A stretch of DNA of 64,000 nucleotides from NCBI GenBank assembly GCA_965200665.1, contig OZ241370.1:2075709-2139708 (forward strand). The letters are read 5' to 3'. A model generated the notes under the pieces. The model saw nothing but the letters and a program-made list of their open reading frames with translations. It did not search any database and had not been told where the DNA came from. Shown here piece after piece: positions 20,366 to 30,054 of this stretch (its first letter is position 1; the number at the start of each line of letters is the position of its first letter). The stretch is from Rhodopila sp. Lineage in GTDB: Bacteria > Pseudomonadota > Alphaproteobacteria > Acetobacterales > Acetobacteraceae. The translations under genes and the position numbers were made by a program.

Positions 20366-21796
20366 ATGCACATCGCCACGTCGCCCGCCTTCAAGGAAAA
20401 CGCCCACGCTGCGTTGGCCAGCCCAGGCCTGCAGAAGGCCCTCGCCCGCAGCGGGCCCAGTTTCATCGCCCGACGCGCCGCCGCGGTGGCGGCGCTGCCG
20501 GAGTTCGAGCGCCTTCGCGACACCGCCCGCGATATCAAGAACCACACCCTCGCCAACCTCGACTTCTACCTGGAATCCTATGAGGCCAAGGTGCTGGAAG
20601 CCGGCGGCAAGGTGCATTGGTGCGCCGACGCCGGCGAAGCGCGTGACGCTGTGCTGGCAATCTGCCAGGCAGCCGGCGCCCGCACCGTCACGAAGGGCAA
20701 GTCCATGATCGGCGAGGAAATCGCCATCAACGACCACCTGGAACGGCACGGAATTACCCCTGTCGAAACCGACCTTGGGGAATACATCATCCAGTTGCGC
20801 CACGAATTGCCCAGCCACATCATCGCGCCGGCGTTCCACCTGAACATGGAAGACTGGGAGGCTGCGTTTCGGAAGGCCCATACCGACCTGCCCGCCGATC
20901 GCACCTTCAACGAACGCCGCGATGTGCTGATCGAAGCACGAACCAAGTTGCGCTCGTCGTTTCTGGCCGCCGACGTCGGCATTACCGGCGCCAACTTCCT
21001 GATCGCGGAAACCGGCAGCAGCGTCATCGTCACCAACGAGGGCAATGGCGACCTCACCCAGACTCTGCCCCGCGTCCACATTGTCTTGGCAAGTATCGAA
21101 AAATGCGTGCCGACGCTGGAAGATTGCACCTCGCTGCTGCGCGTCCTGGCCCGTTCCGCCACCGGCCAGGATTTCTCCGTCTACACGACCTTTTCCACCG
21201 GCGCACGCAGGGCAGGGGACCTCGACGGACCCGAAGAATACCATGTTGTGCTGATCGACAACGGCCGGTCTGCGATGATGGGCACCGACTTCCAGGAAAT
21301 GCTGCGCTGCATTCGCTGCGCCGCCTGCATGAACCATTGTCCGGTGTATGGCGCCGTCGGCGGCCACGCCTATGGCTGGGTCTATCCCGGCCCAATGGGA
21401 TCCGTCCTTACCCCCAGCCTGATCGGGGTCGATAAGGCGGGCCATCTGCCGAATGCCTCCACCTTCTGCGGCAAGTGCGAAAGCGTCTGCCCGGTGCGTA
21501 TTCCCCTGCCCAAGCTGATGCGCCATTGGCGTGAACGTGAGTTCGAGCGTCACCTGACCCCCTCTGCCGCTCGTTATGGCCTCGGCGTCTGGGGCTTTGT
21601 CGCCCGCCGGCCGGCGCTCTACCGTTTCACCACCCGCGCCGCAGCTATCGGCCTTGGCCTGTTCGGCCGTGGCAAGGGGCGGTTCGGCAGGATGCCCCTG
21701 GCTTCGGGCTGGACCGCGGGCCGGGATCTGCCGGCACCCGAAGGCGACACCTTCTTCGCCCGCTACGCCCGTGCCCAGCGGGCCGGTCAGGTCTGA
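20366..21796 (+). CDS. lutB: Lactate utilization Fe-S protein LutB/LldF
   Basis: ETDLGEYIIQL, PSHIIAPA, NEGN, CIRCAACMNHCP and CGKCESVCP ferredoxin motifs. Confidence 0.9.
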   Translation: MHIATSPAFKENAHAALASPGLQKALARSGPSFIARRAAAVAALPEFERLRDTARDIKNHTLANLDFYLESYEAKVLEAGGKVHWCADAGEARDAVLAICQAAGARTVTKGKSMIGEEIAINDHLERHGITPVETDLGEYIIQLRHELPSHIIAPAFHLNMEDWEAAFRKAHTDLPADRTFNERRDVLIEARTKLRSSFLAADVGITGANFLIAETGSSVIVTNEGNGDLTQTLPRVHIVLASIEKCVPTLEDCTSLLRVLARSATGQDFSVYTTFSTGARRAGDLDGPEEYHVVLIDNGRSAMMGTDFQEMLRCIRCAACMNHCPVYGAVGGHAYGWVYPGPMGSVLTPSLIGVDKAGHLPNASTFCGKCESVCPVRIPLPKLMRHWREREFERHLTPSAARYGLGVWGFVARRPALYRFTTRAAAIGLGLFGRGKGRFGRMPLASGWTAGRDLPAPEGDTFFARYARAQRAGQV

Positions 21797-22479
21797 TGTC
21801 CAAGCAATCGATCCTGACGGCGATCCGTCGTGGACTGAAACGCGGGCCGCTGCCGTCCGACCAGCAGACCATGCTGCGTGGGCGCCTGGCGACGCATCCT
21901 CGCCACCTGATCCCGCAGCGCTCCCGATTGCCGCATGAGGAGCAGATCCTGCTGTTCATCCGTAACGTCGAGAAGGAATTCGGGACAGTGACGCGGGTTG
22001 CCGACCTGGATGCGGTGCCGGACGTCGTCGCCGACTACCTCGCCGCCCAGAACCTGCCGGGGCACATGGTCATGGCGCCGCATCCCGAACTGCAGGCGAT
22101 ACCCTGGTCGACGCGCCCATTGCTGGAAATCCGCCAGGGACGCGCCGAAGGATCCGATGTGGTCAGCGTGCAACACGGCTTTGCCGGCATCGCCGAGACC
22201 GGCACCCTGATGCTGCCTTCCGCCCCGGAACGCCCGGTGACCCTGAATGTGCTGGCGGACACCGAAATCGTGGTCCTTCAGGCCGCCTCCATCGTCGGCG
22301 CCTATGAGGAGGCGTGGGACCGTCTGCGCACCGAAATCGGCGGCATGCCGCGAAACGTCATGCTGGTGACCGGCCCGTCCCGGTCCGCGGATATCGAACA
22401 GACGCTCGAACTCGGCGCCCACGGCCCGCGCCGCCTGCACGTCGTGGTTGTCGGCGAATTGGCCGCCGCCCCCGACTGA
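21796..22479 (+). CDS. lutC: Lactate utilization protein LutC/LldG
   Basis: AETGTL, TGPSRSADIEQTLELGAHGP; start overlaps the lutB stop. Confidence 0.9.
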   Translation: MSKQSILTAIRRGLKRGPLPSDQQTMLRGRLATHPRHLIPQRSRLPHEEQILLFIRNVEKEFGTVTRVADLDAVPDVVADYLAAQNLPGHMVMAPHPELQAIPWSTRPLLEIRQGRAEGSDVVSVQHGFAGIAETGTLMLPSAPERPVTLNVLADTEIVVLQAASIVGAYEEAWDRLRTEIGGMPRNVMLVTGPSRSADIEQTLELGAHGPRRLHVVVVGELAAAPD

Positions 22480-22575
22480 TCGCCCAACGTCATCAAGGCT
22501 GCCATCGGGGCTGTCGCCTGCCTGCCCGATCCTGTATCAAATGGGGTCATCAACCCGGCACAGGAACGCCCCACG

Positions 22576-23319
22576 ATGGCCAAGCCCGCCCACCTTTCCT
22601 CCTCCGGCACCGAGTGGGATCGCGACGCCGCACTGACCGCGGCCCGCATCCTGCTGGAGATCAAGGCGGTCAATTTCCGCCCGGAGGAGGCCTACACCTT
22701 CACCTCCGGCTGGAAATCCCCGGTCTACATAGACTGCCGCCGGATCATCTACTTTCCCCGCGCTCGGGCAAAAATCTCCGACCTGGCGGTCGAAAAGATC
22801 GACCGGCACATAGGCTATGAGGTGATCGAGACCGTCGCCGGCGGCGAAACGGCAGGCATCCCGTTCGCTGCCTGGATCGCGGACCGGATGGCCGTCCCGA
22901 TGTCCTATGTGCGCAAGAAGCCAAAGGGTTTCGGCCAGAATGCCTTGATTGAGGGCGACGTCCCGGTCGGCAAACGCACGCTGCTGGTCGAGGACCTGAC
23001 AACAGACGGTCAATCCAAGATCCGGTTTGCCAACGCGCTCCGCGATGCCGGTGCGATCGTGAACCATGCCTTCGTGGTGTTCTTCTACGGCGTATTCCCG
23101 GGCGCGTTCCAAACGCTCGCCAACATGGACATCACTCTGCACAGCCTGTGCACCTGGTGGGATGTCCTGGAAGCCTGCAAGGACCGGCCATACTTCTCCG
23201 ACTCAGCCTTGTCGGAGGTGCGCCGCTTCCTGGAGAACCCGGTCGCCTGGTCAGCCGCACATGGCGGTATCGCCTCGGCCGAAGAAGCGCTCGCACGAAA
23301 AGCCGCGGCCGAAGCCTAG
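22576..23319 (+). CDS. pyrE: Orotate phosphoribosyltransferase
   Basis: FTSGWKSPVYIDCR, GGETAGIP, YVRKKPKGFG, LLVEDLTTDG. Confidence 0.95.
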   Translation: MAKPAHLSSSGTEWDRDAALTAARILLEIKAVNFRPEEAYTFTSGWKSPVYIDCRRIIYFPRARAKISDLAVEKIDRHIGYEVIETVAGGETAGIPFAAWIADRMAVPMSYVRKKPKGFGQNALIEGDVPVGKRTLLVEDLTTDGQSKIRFANALRDAGAIVNHAFVVFFYGVFPGAFQTLANMDITLHSLCTWWDVLEACKDRPYFSDSALSEVRRFLENPVAWSAAHGGIASAEEALARKAAAEA

Positions 23320-23339
23320 CTCGATCAAAGCCTAGCTCG
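23312..23339. repeat. 12-bp direct repeat (AAGCCTAGCTCG) with 16-bp period, duplicating the pyrE stop
   Basis: Copies at 23312-23323 and 23328-23339. Confidence 0.85.
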
Positions 23340-23396
23340 CTCGCTGAACCCCTGCGCCACGCATCCAGGCTCCAGGATGCGTGGCCGCCAACAAGC

Positions 23397-23639
23397 CTAC
23401 CGGCGGCTCGGTGCCGGCGCCGCCCGCATAGCCGGCAAATCTTCTTCCAGCACGGTCAGATGGATGGAATACGACGTCTCGCCGTCGTCGACGTCCTTGT
23501 GCACCGTGCCGATCGTCTCGTCGTTGATTGCCAGCTCGATCGACAACCCGCGTCGCGGCGGCGGCACGATGCGGATTCGCTCGCTGCCGAATAATTTGCG
23601 CAGGTAGGTCTGAAGGCGGTCGATTTCCGGCGGCGTCAT
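23397..23639 (-). CDS. DUF3126-family small protein
   Basis: LQTYLRKLFG...EVAIN-like segment, IGTVHKDVDDGETSYS..LTVLEEDL. Confidence 0.75.
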   Translation of the reverse strand: MTPPEIDRLQTYLRKLFGSERIRIVPPPRRGLSIELAINDETIGTVHKDVDDGETSYSIHLTVLEEDLPAMRAAPAPSRR

Positions 23640-23729
23640 ATTGATCTCATAGGTAAGGACCTCAGCCGTTTACCGTTCAGGATCGGCTTTGGCCAGCATG
23701 TTGAATGGCCTCACCTGCCTGTAACGCTT

Positions 23730-24854
23730 TCAATCCAGCATGTGGCCGAACCGCGCCGCCTTGGTCGCGAGGTATTCATCGTTCACCCCATTCGGCGCGA
23801 ATAAATGAGGCTCCCGATCTGTGACCTCAATGCCACAAGCCCGCATCCCCTCCAGCTTGTCCGGGTTGTTCGTCAGCAAGCGCACGCGGGTGATGCCCAT
23901 CAGCCGCAGCATCGTCGCCCCGACCAGGAAGTTTCGCTCATCGGCCCCCCAACCCAACACCCGGTTGGCATCCATCGTATCCAGGCCTCGATCCTGCAAA
24001 CCATAGGCGCGCAGCTTGTTGACCAGGCCGATCCCGCGACCCTCCTGCGCCAGGTACAGCAGCACACCGGCACCATCCTCCGCCATGCGACGGATCGCCC
24101 CCCGCAACTGCTCGCCGCAGTCGCAGCGCATGCTGCCCAGCAGGTCGCCGGTGAAGCACTCCGAGTGGATTCGGACCAGCGGCGCATCGCGTGTCTCCGG
24201 CCGACCGATCACGATCGCGAGATGCTCCAGCGCCGATCCCTCGCTGCGAAACGCAACGACCCGGCTGTCCGGGGCATCGCTCAACGGCACGTCGGCCGAC
24301 ACGATCTGCCTGAGCCCGGCCACCTCGTGCTCTGCATAATCCAGGATATCGGACGCTGGCACCGCAACCAGACCCCGTGGATCTTGCCCCCGTGGATCGG
24401 CTCCCTGTGGATCGGCGCCTTGCGGAAGCGGCACCGCCAGTAGCGCCGGCAATAACCGCCCGATCTTGGCCAGCGCGATTGCCGCATCCGCCAGCGCCGG
24501 AGCCGGCTCGCTGCGCAGCGTCTCCCGCACCGCCGGTTGCCGCGCCGTCGGGTCTGCGAGCGCCTGGTAAACTTCTATGTTGTAGAGCGAATCCGGCAAC
24601 GTAACCGCAATGGCCGCGCCATCCGCTGCCATCGGCGCACGCAGGATTGCCGCAGCGCGGGCCGGCGCCAGGATCAGGATCGGGCGTGCGCCGGAAAGCG
24701 CCTCCATTTCCGCCAGGGCATCGCGACCGGCCGTCTCGGCCGCCACAATCAGTAACGGTGCGGCCCCGCCGAGGATGACCGGTACCCCACGCCGAAGCTC
24801 CGATGCTCCGCGATGGATCTGACGCAGTCGATTCCGCGCCGCTTCAGTGCGCAT
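23730..24854 (-). CDS. ribA: GTP cyclohydrolase II with degenerate N-terminal DHBP-synthase-like domain
   Basis: LVRIHSECFTGDLLGSMRCDCGEQL, QEGRGIGLVNKLRAY, LLTNNPDK. Confidence 0.95.
   Translation of the reverse strand: MRTEAARNRLRQIHRGASELRRGVPVILGGAAPLLIVAAETAGRDALAEMEALSGARPILILAPARAAAILRAPMAADGAAIAVTLPDSLYNIEVYQALADPTARQPAVRETLRSEPAPALADAAIALAKIGRLLPALLAVPLPQGADPQGADPRGQDPRGLVAVPASDILDYAEHEVAGLRQIVSADVPLSDAPDSRVVAFRSEGSALEHLAIVIGRPETRDAPLVRIHSECFTGDLLGSMRCDCGEQLRGAIRRMAEDGAGVLLYLAQEGRGIGLVNKLRAYGLQDRGLDTMDANRVLGWGADERNFLVGATMLRLMGITRVRLLTNNPDKLEGMRACGIEVTDREPHLFAPNGVNDEYLATKAARFGHMLD
24373..24425. repeat. In-frame 15-bp tandem repeat, about 3.5 copies, inside ribA
   Basis: CCCCGTGGATCTTGC/CCCCGTGGATCGGCT/CCCTGTGGATCGGCG; encodes PQGADPQGADPRGQDPRG. 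Confidence 0.9.
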
Positions 24855-25185
24855 CGAACTCTCGCTGGATGACTTTGTTGATAATTTCGGCACAATAGGA
24901 ACTCAATTTTGTCACGATCGACCTTCATGCCATGAATCATCTCCGCGGCAGATGACTCCCCGGCACATTGAACCATATAGGCTATACATGGGGCGCGGCG
25001 GCGCTTTTGAACCTACTGGCAGGTCACGCGGCGCGCAATGTTGTGATAGGATTGCACGATCGAGCCTTACCGAACCGATGTTGTACGCTTTCGGGAACAG
25101 ATATGGTGTATCGATCTGCTATCGACCACTTCGGCGGCGGCGTCGGTAACCAGCCACGTCAAACACTGCAAGAGGAACATTAAGA

Positions 25186-25923
25186 ATGTCGGCAGAACGC
25201 CCCGTCCTGATCGTCGATGACGACGACGCCCTGCGTGAGACACTGGTTGATCAGCTGGCCGTCGACGGTGAATTCGTTGCTACGGAGGCAAGCTCTGTCC
25301 AAGCAGCCGAAGCCGCACTGACGTCCAAGGATGCGCGCTTTGATGCCATCATCCTTGATGTTGGCCTGCCCGACGGGGACGGCCGCGACCTTTGCTCCAC
25401 GTTGCGCCGACAAGGCCATCGCATGCCGATCATCATGCTCACCGGCCTCGACAGTGAGCACGACGTGGTTCGCGGGCTTGATTGCGGCGCTAACGATTAC
25501 ATCGCCAAGCCATTCAAGCTTGCTGTCCTGCTGGCCCGTTTGCGCGCCCAGCTGCGCATTTTCGAAAACAGCGAGGACGCCGTCTTTACAATCGGGCCAT
25601 ACACCTTCCGCCCCGCCGCCAAACTGCTCCAGGAACCCGCCAAGAACCGCCGCATCCGTCTGACCGAGAAGGAAGCCGCCATCCTGAAGTTCCTCTACCG
25701 CGCCGGCACCCGTTCGGTTGCCCGCCAGGTGCTGCTGAACGAAGTGTGGGGCTACAACGCGGCGGTCACCACACACACGCTGGAAACCCACATCTATCGG
25801 CTGCGCCAGAAAATTGAGCCTGATCCCGCCAATGCCAGGCTGTTGGTGACCGAAGGCGGTGGCTACCGGCTCGATCCCGAAGGTATTCCCGTTGCGCGCA
25901 TGCCCGCGGCCGCGAGCGCCTGA
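25186..25923 (+). CDS. OmpR-family response regulator
   Basis: LIVDDD, ILDVGLPD, ANDYIAKPF, winged helix LTEKE...VWGY...THTLETHIYRLRQKIE. Confidence 0.95.
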   Translation: MSAERPVLIVDDDDALRETLVDQLAVDGEFVATEASSVQAAEAALTSKDARFDAIILDVGLPDGDGRDLCSTLRRQGHRMPIIMLTGLDSEHDVVRGLDCGANDYIAKPFKLAVLLARLRAQLRIFENSEDAVFTIGPYTFRPAAKLLQEPAKNRRIRLTEKEAAILKFLYRAGTRSVARQVLLNEVWGYNAAVTTHTLETHIYRLRQKIEPDPANARLLVTEGGGYRLDPEGIPVARMPAAASA

Positions 25924-25981
25924 TCCCGATACGGCCGGGCAAGACCCGGCCGTGGCTCACATAACGCCCGCGTCAAACGCG

Positions 25982-26060
25982 GATCACTGCCCGGTGCGAT
26001 CACTGCCCGGTGCGATCACTGCCCGGTGCGATCACTGCCCGGTGCGATCACTGCCCGGTA
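25982..26060. repeat. 16-bp tandem repeat x5 (GATCACTGCCCGGTGC)
   Basis: Four exact units plus a 15-bp unit; the last unit contains the stop codon of the 26048-26911 gene. Confidence 0.97.
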
Positions 26061-26911
26061 ATGAACGGCTTGGCTGCGGCGTCGTAGTCCGGGTAACCCA
26101 GCGTGGCTCGCAGCTCTGCCGGCGGCAACGCGCTGCTGGCTTCCGCATCGCCCACGGCCAGAGCCGCCAACCCGGCCTTGATGCCCGCGGTAGCCGGCGA
26201 CAGCATTCCCGTCGGATAGGTACCGATCTTGAACCCAAGTTCTGCCGCCTCCGTGCGGGATGGTGTTGCGCGCGGGGCGCCAGGTGACAGCACCGCGAAC
26301 GAGGGCCGTCCCGCTGCCGCGGCGACCGCCCGCCTGATTTCCGCATCGTCATGCGGCGAATCCAGGAACAGGATATCGGCCCCTTCTTTCACATACATCT
26401 CGATGCGTGCCACCGCCTCATCGATCCCCTGCGTCGGCCGGCAGTCGGTCCGCGCCAGGATCAGAATGCCCGACTCCTTCGCCGCCTCGACCGCAGCCCT
26501 GATCTTCATCCGCGCTTCCTCGCGCGGCAGGCATGGCTTGCCTGCCGCCGTCAGCGCCCGTGGGGTGATCTTGTCCTCGATCAGGATCGCCGCCGCGCCC
26601 GCCCGTCCATAGGCCCGCACCGTGCGCTGCACGTTCATCGCGTTGCCGTAGCCATGATCGCCATCCGCCAGCACCAGCGTGTCCGGCGCGGCGCCACGAA
26701 TCATGTTGAACGAATCGAACATCTCTCCGAACGAGATCAGGTCGAGGTCAGGTCCGCCCAGTCGGCTGGCCGCGACACACGAACCCGACATGAAGGCGGT
26801 CTTGAACCCAGCGGCGGCGGAAAGTTTGGCGCTCAATCCGTCCCACACCGCCGGCATCACGACGAAACCGGGTTCGGCCAGCAAGGCACGTAGTCGTTCA
26901 GGGGCGGTCAT
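26048..26911 (-). CDS. Isocitrate lyase/PEP mutase family enzyme
   Basis: WDGLSAKL, GPDLDL, LADGDHGYGN, IEDK, ARTD. Confidence 0.9.
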   Translation of the reverse strand: MTAPERLRALLAEPGFVVMPAVWDGLSAKLSAAAGFKTAFMSGSCVAASRLGGPDLDLISFGEMFDSFNMIRGAAPDTLVLADGDHGYGNAMNVQRTVRAYGRAGAAAILIEDKITPRALTAAGKPCLPREEARMKIRAAVEAAKESGILILARTDCRPTQGIDEAVARIEMYVKEGADILFLDSPHDDAEIRRAVAAAAGRPSFAVLSPGAPRATPSRTEAAELGFKIGTYPTGMLSPATAGIKAGLAALAVGDAEASSALPPAELRATLGYPDYDAAAKPFITGQ

Positions 26912-27034
26912 GGCGTTTCCTTCACCGAGAAATTTATGCCGCGGACGATAGGCGGCTTCGCGTCACCCACCAAGTCCCCGCCAACCCCTGCGCTCCAACC
27001 CCAAATCGGGCGGGCCTCACTGAACAGACGCGCC

Positions 27035-28621
27035 TCACTCGAGGTATAGTTCAGCCGTGATTTGCTGCAGATCCAGCTCACGCTCCAGCTCCGAAAGAAC
27101 ATGGTCGTGGATTTCACCCGCGCGATGCATTCTCAAAATCTCGGTGCGTCCGGCCTGGATCGCTCGGATAACCACATCGAAATGTTCGTTTTTCAGCGGC
27201 TGGTGAGACTCCTTGTTCTCCGCATACGCGATGCCGACACGGGACCGGTAGGCGTAATGATCGAGCAGTCGCGGATGCCGTTCACTGCCATCAGGCTGTC
27301 GCGACGCAACGACAACCGCCGCAAGCTGTGCATCGGCCATGCGCGACCACGCGACATCCTCGTTGACCTGACCGGGGGCCAGCAACTCGCCGCTGGTAAC
27401 TCGAAGCAGCTTGATCAGGGGGCCCAGGGTGCTGCCTTGCACCAGCACCGTAATAAGAATCACTGAAAAAGTTGCGGCCAGTACAAAGTCGCGCCCGGGT
27501 ACAGCCTCTGGCAGTGACAGTGCGGCAGCCAGGCTGACCACCCCACGCATGCCCGCCCAACTCATCACCGTGGCAATCGGGAAAGACGGTGCCGGTCCGC
27601 CCCGCGGCAAGATGCCGCGCGCGAAACGGCGTCCCAGGTCCGAACTGAAAACCCAGGCGAACCGCGCCAGAATGACGGCAGCGGTCACCGCAAGGATTGG
27701 CAGCAGCAATGTCTGCATTGTGTCGGATGCGCCGTCCAGCCGCGCCAGCACACCGCGCAAAGACAGGCCGATCAGGATGAAAACCAGGGATTCCAGCAGG
27801 AACACCAGGACTTCCCACACAGCATTCGCACGCAGCCGCGTGCCAGCGGAAAAGGTGGTATGCTGATACCGGCCCAGGATTAGCCCGGTGGTGACAGTTG
27901 CAAGCACGCCGGAAGCATGCAGACGCTCCCCGCCGATATAGGCGGCCCACGGCAGCAGCAGCGTGACGGTGATGGCGAGTTGACTATCCTGCAAACGCCG
28001 CAGCCCATACATGCCGGCGAACCCAACGGCGGCCCCCACCAGAACGCCCCCAACCGTCAGAACACCGAAGGCCGCTGTCGCCTCGCCGAGATTGAAGGCA
28101 CCGGTCAGAGACGCGGCGACAGCGAAACGAAATAGCACGAGGCCGGCCGCGTCGTTCAACAGACTCTCGCCCTGCAACAGCGCCGACATGCGGCGCGGCA
28201 GGCTTAGCCGTTCCAGGACCGCCTCGGCGGCCACGGCGTCCGGCGGCGAAACAATGGCGCCAAGCGCGAAGCAGACCGCCCATGGCAGGCTTGGGACCAT
28301 CCAGTGGGCGATCAACCCAACGATCAAGGTCGTAAAGGCAACAGCACCGATCGCCAGAAGCAGGATGCCAAGCAAATTCTGCCGGAATTCTCGCCACACG
28401 GTGGAATACGCGCCGGCCATCAGCAAAGGCGGGAGAAACAGAACGATGACGAGGTCGGGGTCCAGCACGATCTCCGGAACCCCAGGCGTCAGCGCCAGCA
28501 CGATGCCACCGACGATGAAAGCCGCGGCGGGCGGAAGACGGAGCCTGCGTGAAGCAAGTTCGAGCACCACAACTGCCAGCAACAGGCAGAGAATGATTTC
28601 GAATTGCGCGACTGGCGACAT
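27035..28621 (-). CDS. CPA1-family Na+/H+ antiporter
   Basis: LFLPPLL, GAIVSPPDAVA, GESLLNDA, WAGMRGVVSLAAAL; GAGGAG RBS. Confidence 0.9.
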   Translation of the reverse strand: MSPVAQFEIILCLLLAVVVLELASRRLRLPPAAAFIVGGIVLALTPGVPEIVLDPDLVIVLFLPPLLMAGAYSTVWREFRQNLLGILLLAIGAVAFTTLIVGLIAHWMVPSLPWAVCFALGAIVSPPDAVAAEAVLERLSLPRRMSALLQGESLLNDAAGLVLFRFAVAASLTGAFNLGEATAAFGVLTVGGVLVGAAVGFAGMYGLRRLQDSQLAITVTLLLPWAAYIGGERLHASGVLATVTTGLILGRYQHTTFSAGTRLRANAVWEVLVFLLESLVFILIGLSLRGVLARLDGASDTMQTLLLPILAVTAAVILARFAWVFSSDLGRRFARGILPRGGPAPSFPIATVMSWAGMRGVVSLAAALSLPEAVPGRDFVLAATFSVILITVLVQGSTLGPLIKLLRVTSGELLAPGQVNEDVAWSRMADAQLAAVVVASRQPDGSERHPRLLDHYAYRSRVGIAYAENKESHQPLKNEHFDVVIRAIQAGRTEILRMHRAGEIHDHVLSELERELDLQQITAELYLE

Positions 28622-28736
28622 ACAGGTCTCCTCAACGAAAGCACGCGACGGGCGATTGGTTCGGCCCAATGCCGACTACCGGTAACCGACTACAGATATC
28701 GGCCCGGCCGCAATCGTCCGGGCTCGCAATGCTTGT

Positions 28737-28772
28737 TCTGAAATGGCGGACGGGTCTGAGATGGCGGACGGG
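28737..28772. repeat. 18-bp tandem duplication containing the last 11 nt of tRNA-Ser
   Basis: TCTGAAATGGCGGACGGG / TCTGAGATGGCGGACGGG, one mismatch. Confidence 0.9.
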
Positions 28773-28851
28773 GTGAGATTCGAACTCACGGTACGCTTGC
28801 ACGCACGGCGGTTTTCAAGACCGCTGCCTTAAACCGCTCGGCCACCCGTCC
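28762..28851 (-). tRNA. tRNA-Ser(UGA)
   Basis: GGACGGG...CCCGTCC-GCCA acceptor stem, anticodon loop CTTGAAA, long variable arm, GTTCGAAT T-loop, encoded CCA; 90 nt. Confidence 0.97.
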
Positions 28852-28964
28852 AGGCGGCGGCGAACCTAGCCTGCTCCCAAGAGCATCTCAAGTGTTGACG
28901 AAGCATGATGTTCACCGGCATGTCTCTGTTTCGCTGCGTTTCTCCTGTTCAAAGTGCTCGCTTC

Positions 28965-29957
28965 ATGAACCTTCGGACTATGACGGCCCTGACCGCCCTC
29001 TTCCTGCTGCCTGGAATTGCGGCGAAGGCACAGCCTGCCCCCGACCCTCAAAGCATCTGGACCCTGCAGGACGAGAACGCGTCGATCTCGGCCAACAAGT
29101 TGACCGATCGATTCTACGTCAACGGCCTGCGCCTGGGATGGACCTCGCCTACCGGCTATGTGCCGAATTTTCTGGTCGACCTGGGTCACAGCCTGTGGGG
29201 CGGTGGCCAGCAGCGGATCGCCTTTGACCTCGCGCAACAGATCTACACGCCGTCGAACACCACGCTGTTCCAGCCGGACCCGCACGACCGCCCGTACGCC
29301 GGCGTTCTGCTCGCCAATTTTTCGTTGATGAGCGATACCGAGGACAGCCGCAGCGTCCTGACCTTCAGCGCCGGCGTCGTCGGCCCTGCCTCCGGGGCCG
29401 AGAACCTGCAGAACGGCTTTCACAATCTGATCGGCCAGAACCAGACCAACGGCTGGGGCGGCCAGATCCAGAATGTTCCAGCATTCGAAGTTCTGCACGA
29501 GCGCACCTGGCGCTTGCCGATGGGCACCCTGGCCGGAATGGAAACCGACGCCCTGCCGTCGCTTACCATCGGCCTTGGCGACCTGCGCGACTACATCCAG
29601 ACCGGCGTGACCTTCCGCATCGGACAGGGCCTCGATTCGGATTTTGGCGTGCCGCGCGTTCGCCCCGGCCTCAGCGGCGGCGATGCATTCAAGCAGACCC
29701 GCCCCTTCGCCTGGTATGTCTTTGCCGGCGCCGACGGCCAAGCGGTGGGTTACGACCTGCTGCTTCAGTCCAACCCGTTCCGCGGCGGCCCGCATGTGTC
29801 CACCGTGTGGGACGTAGCCGAAATGCAGGGCGGTTTCGCCGTCATGGCCTACGGTATGCGACTGACCTTCGCCTACGTCGCCCAGACGCAGGAATTCAAC
29901 GGCCAGGCCGGCGGCCTGCACCAGTTCGGCTCGGCCTCGCTGTCCTTCCACTTCTGA
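28965..29957 (+). CDS. Lipid A deacylase LpxR-family outer-membrane protein
   Basis: ENASI...DRFYVNG, QQIYTP, DRPYAG, C-terminal aromatic residue (SLSFHF). Start could be 28905. Confidence 0.8.
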   Translation: MNLRTMTALTALFLLPGIAAKAQPAPDPQSIWTLQDENASISANKLTDRFYVNGLRLGWTSPTGYVPNFLVDLGHSLWGGGQQRIAFDLAQQIYTPSNTTLFQPDPHDRPYAGVLLANFSLMSDTEDSRSVLTFSAGVVGPASGAENLQNGFHNLIGQNQTNGWGGQIQNVPAFEVLHERTWRLPMGTLAGMETDALPSLTIGLGDLRDYIQTGVTFRIGQGLDSDFGVPRVRPGLSGGDAFKQTRPFAWYVFAGADGQAVGYDLLLQSNPFRGGPHVSTVWDVAEMQGGFAVMAYGMRLTFAYVAQTQEFNGQAGGLHQFGSASLSFHF

Positions 29958-30007
29958 TTTCGTTTGGTTTTGCTCAGATCGTCCTGAACAACCCGGCTTC
30001 TTGAAAC

Positions 30008-30044
30008 GACCGGGCCGCCGCTCCGACGGCCCGGTCCGGTTTTT
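30008..30044 (+). terminator. Rho-independent terminator
   Basis: GACCGGGCCG/CGGCCCGGTC 10-bp stem followed by a T5 tract, between convergent genes. Confidence 0.7.
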
Positions 30045-30054
30045 GCTGCGGCTG

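Noticed and set aside
25982-26060. CRISPR array
   Set aside because: Units are contiguous with no spacers, only 16 bp long, and no cas genes are present.
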